A DNA stretch of 64,000 nt, taken from positions 27,300 to 91,299 of the forward strand of contig NMRA01000946.1 in the NCBI GenBank assembly GCA_002633005.1, read 5' to 3'. The notes below the pieces were generated by a model. It was not told where the DNA came from. It made no database searches and worked only from the letters and a program-made list of their open reading frames with translations. Positions 61,301 to 64,000 of the stretch are shown here, piece by piece (the stretch's first letter is position 1; the number at the start of each line of letters is the position of its first letter). Position numbers and translations under genes: made by a program. This stretch comes from Phoronis australis. Lineage: Eukaryota > Animalia > Phoronida.

Positions 61301-63115
61301 GAAAGTCCATATTCCTCCCTATCGACGCCACCTCCGATCCTAACCGCCATAATAAATTTAGCAACCCCCATAGGCGTACGGATTTTGCTGTTTCAGTGGA
61401 AACCCTGAGGAGGCAGTCACCAGAAACTTTAATGCGCAGGTTTCAACAAATTTCCACGAGAAAAGGCCACTTTTTAGACCTGCTTAGGTTATGCACGTTA
61501 TGTCATTAGGAAATGATTCTGACACTCAAGAGGCATTTTTAAATGAAAATCACTCTAGATTAGGGTGTCAAAAGATGTACAGCCAAAATCAGTCTTTAGA
61601 GGGCGTGGAAGTATTTTAAGAAACTCGCAACGCTAGCTATGAAATTAAGGGAATTGAAAACTTCGGTAACATCGTTATCGTGGTTTACGTCTTACTGTTA
61701 TTGAAGTTGTAAATTATTTCCAGACGACCCTGCAATCTACAAAGGTTTCAAAGAAGGAGCTGAGCGTTTGGTAAATTGCAATGACACCGCCTATTGGAGT
61801 TCCAGATGCCACAAGGTGGCACTACCCGCAGATGGCCTACCAATCAAGAGCAAGACTTACAACCAGGCCCACGTAAGTGAACAAAGCAAAGTAAGGCGGA
61901 ATTAAATGCGCTGTTTTGCAGCATCTGTAAACTGTTTTGTGGTGGCAAGAACAACTTTGTTCAAAGAAGTATTTGTTCTTTCAAAGCATCTTGGACTCAT
62001 TGTTGTATTAATCTTAAAAGCATACCAAGCCTGGTGACAGTGACGTTCTCATCTAGTTCCCTGGAATAAGATAATGCTATGTAACCCATGACAACCCTTA
62101 AATGTTTCTAGCAAAACTGGAAAATTCTTTACAAATTCTGCTAAACGGGAAAGCGTGAACTACGCTTTAAACGAGTAATACAACAATATAGGGAAAGACC
62201 ACGCATCAAGAACCAGAATATCCTATCTGTGATGAAGAGAGTTTGAGATTTTAGTTGGATTCTGTTTTAATCACTCACTCAAGTGAGACGTCAATGATGC
62301 TTTACCAGGTGGCTGAACGAGAACTGGTTGAAACAACAAATAACAAAAGGTTTAGTATCATTTTAAATTTCCGTTGGTTGCATCAAAATGTCTAGAATTC
62401 ACCTGACGGTTATTCAACATAACCCGCCGTGGCAATCAGCCGTAATGATACTAGTCTAGATCAACAACAAACTGTCAGATCTTCTCGGGCCATGGAATAA
62501 TTGTCTGAGTAAGGGAAGAGATGAAAAGAAATTTATAACGGTAATTGGGCTACGTCAACCGAGGTATTTGACAAAAGGGGCAAACTTTGTGCACATTTAA
62601 AATTCAATGGTGGTGTTGACACAAATATAGCACCAACTCGAATAACGGTGACGGAAATGGTGCAGCGGATTGCCGTGAGACGTAGGTGACGATAACGACG
62701 GTGATGAGACATAGACAAAAGTACAGATGACGACAAAACGTGTGTGGTGACAACAGTAGTGGTAGCGGCAGTGATGACGAGGACGATCTGATGACGCTCA
62801 TGTAAACAATACCATTTCAGGTATGTTACAACGGCGCCATCAACCTGGGATATCGTTGGTCGTTGGGTCCATACTACAAGTGTGGTGGTTGGTGGTCGTG
62901 GCTGAACACTATTGGAATCATCAGTCCTTTCCGGACATACGCCGATCCACGTGCCCTGTGTTTTCTCAACGACACTAGGAGACAAAGTCAAGTCTATGTG
63001 AAAGTGTGTACGGATGAGACGGTGAACGATGCAGCCTGTGACGGCATCATGACAAGAGCCGAGTCTGAGGTGAAACTCATGCGGTCGACGACAGAAGGAA
63101 AAGACTATCCAGATG
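58351..63115 (+). CDS. Mucin-like secreted/membrane glycoprotein: signal peptide, Thr/Ser-rich mucin region, probable NIDO domain (MUC4/SUSD2/mesh-like architecture); 5' part, probably continues beyond the window
   Basis: In-phase exons 58351-58423 (MWPLRRSQTTAMLVRLLLVYAVIV), 59713-61026 (about 438 aa, T/S-rich), 61724-61872 and 62821 to about 63115 (VCYNGAINLG...IISPFRTYADP...QVYVK...IMTRAESEVK, resembling the NIDO NG/IAPFWAD/VYYR/RA..DV pattern). The 3' end of the last exon is uncertain. Confidence 0.75.
59246..59430. mobile_element. Foldback-like MITE with 22-bp TIRs, 2-bp CT flanks and an internal array of palindromic ACTTAAGT units
   Basis: CCTTACAAAAATGAACTTAAGT ... ACTTAAGTTCATTTTTGTAAGG; nine CTTAAG cores. 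Confidence 0.8.
59820..60255 (+). repeat. Coding tandem repeat, 45-bp units in alternating pairs (90 bp / 30 aa)
   Basis: TTAGVNATSTTGATE / TTTVVNTTTTTVATQ repeated, about 9 to 10 units of 15 aa. Confidence 0.9.
62090..62365. mobile_element. TTAA-flanked MITE family, partial copy
   Basis: CTGCTAAACGG..AAGCGTGA, GAAAGACCAC...CAAGAACCA, TTTTAGTTG.ATTC and GGTTTAGTATC, as in 27726-28090. Confidence 0.6.
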
Positions 63116-63831
63116 GTAAGGTCGATAACATTTTTGTCGTTTTGAACTGGGTCTATAGTTCGGACAAGAGTCACTACAGATCAAAGTGAACGCCGTAGTC
63201 GAAACACCGTAGTCTAACAATATGACCTTAGAGCCTAACAAGGGTCCAACCCTGCTACGAACAATGGTTAGTGTAGTCACAAGATGACGACCTCTTGGTT
63301 GTAGCAAGTAAACTTTCAGTTTCGTTGGTAAATAATTTATTTCCCAAAATAACCAAGAAATTGTTATTACATATGCAAAACATTCCTAAACTAACAGCAA
63401 TTCACGCTCCACGTGATTATTAATCTAAGCCCACCAAGTATACGAAAGCTTACATGCATGTAGCCTATTCATTTAATAATTATCCTCAATTATTTTTTGA
63501 AGCGATTATAAACCATATGAACATCTTTTGAGAGTTATATTCATTAGGTCACGTGATGTGGCCAACAGATTAGACTTAAAATATTTGCGACTGTAACCCA
63601 TGTTATCATAAGTGAAATTGGTTTCAACAATTCGCCCAGTCAAATACAATGTGTAGGTATTGCGAATTTTCGAAGCCCGTAGGTGACTTCTAAACCTAGT
63701 AAGGAGCAAGATGAGGCCAGTTTTATAATGGTTTGCGACCAAAATCAAAAGTATTCTTTGATAGAAAGCATGGGTATGGGTTTAATGTTATTTTAAAGTG
63801 GTATTAGTGTAGAACACATTAATGTACAATG

Positions 63832-63990
63832 TACACACACGCACGCATGCACGCACGCACTCACGCACTCACGCACGCACGCACGCCAGCCACATACACA
63901 CACATACACACACATACACACACATACACACACACACGCACACACGCACGCCCGCGCGCGCGCACACACACACACACACACCCGACGCAT
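63832..63990. repeat. (CA)/(CACG)/(CATA) microsatellite
   Basis: Directly visible. Confidence 0.92.
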
Positions 63991-64000
63991 ATATATGTAT

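Noticed and set aside
62533-63174. 213-aa minus-strand ORF
   Set aside because: Overlaps the NIDO-like exon antisense plus a low-complexity GAC/GGT tract; no recognisable motif.

Overview
Eukaryotic, AT-rich, repeat-rich animal DNA, most likely from a marine invertebrate (inferred from the spliceosomal introns and repeat types). Three spliced + strand genes can be read. (1) The last six exons (333-3749) of a glutamate carboxypeptidase II / NAALADase-type M28B metallopeptidase. (2) A complete tandem paralog with 18 exons and 800 aa (16678-43113). It keeps all zinc ligands but has a heavily remodelled substrate pocket. (3) The 5' part (58351 onward) of a secreted or membrane mucin-like protein with a Thr-rich repeat followed by a probable NIDO domain. 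Introns and intergenic DNA hold two decayed Penelope-like elements with hammerhead-ribozyme motifs, two related decayed LINEs, THAP-domain transposon remnants, many MITEs and microsatellites. The most notable observations are a strong excess of the octamer TACATGTA, which paralog comparison shows replacing a plain TA (the Tc1-type excision footprint), clustered amino-acid changes in the paralog's S1' pocket loops, and a GC-AG intron conserved in both paralogs. All coordinates and counts were read by eye. No searches were run.
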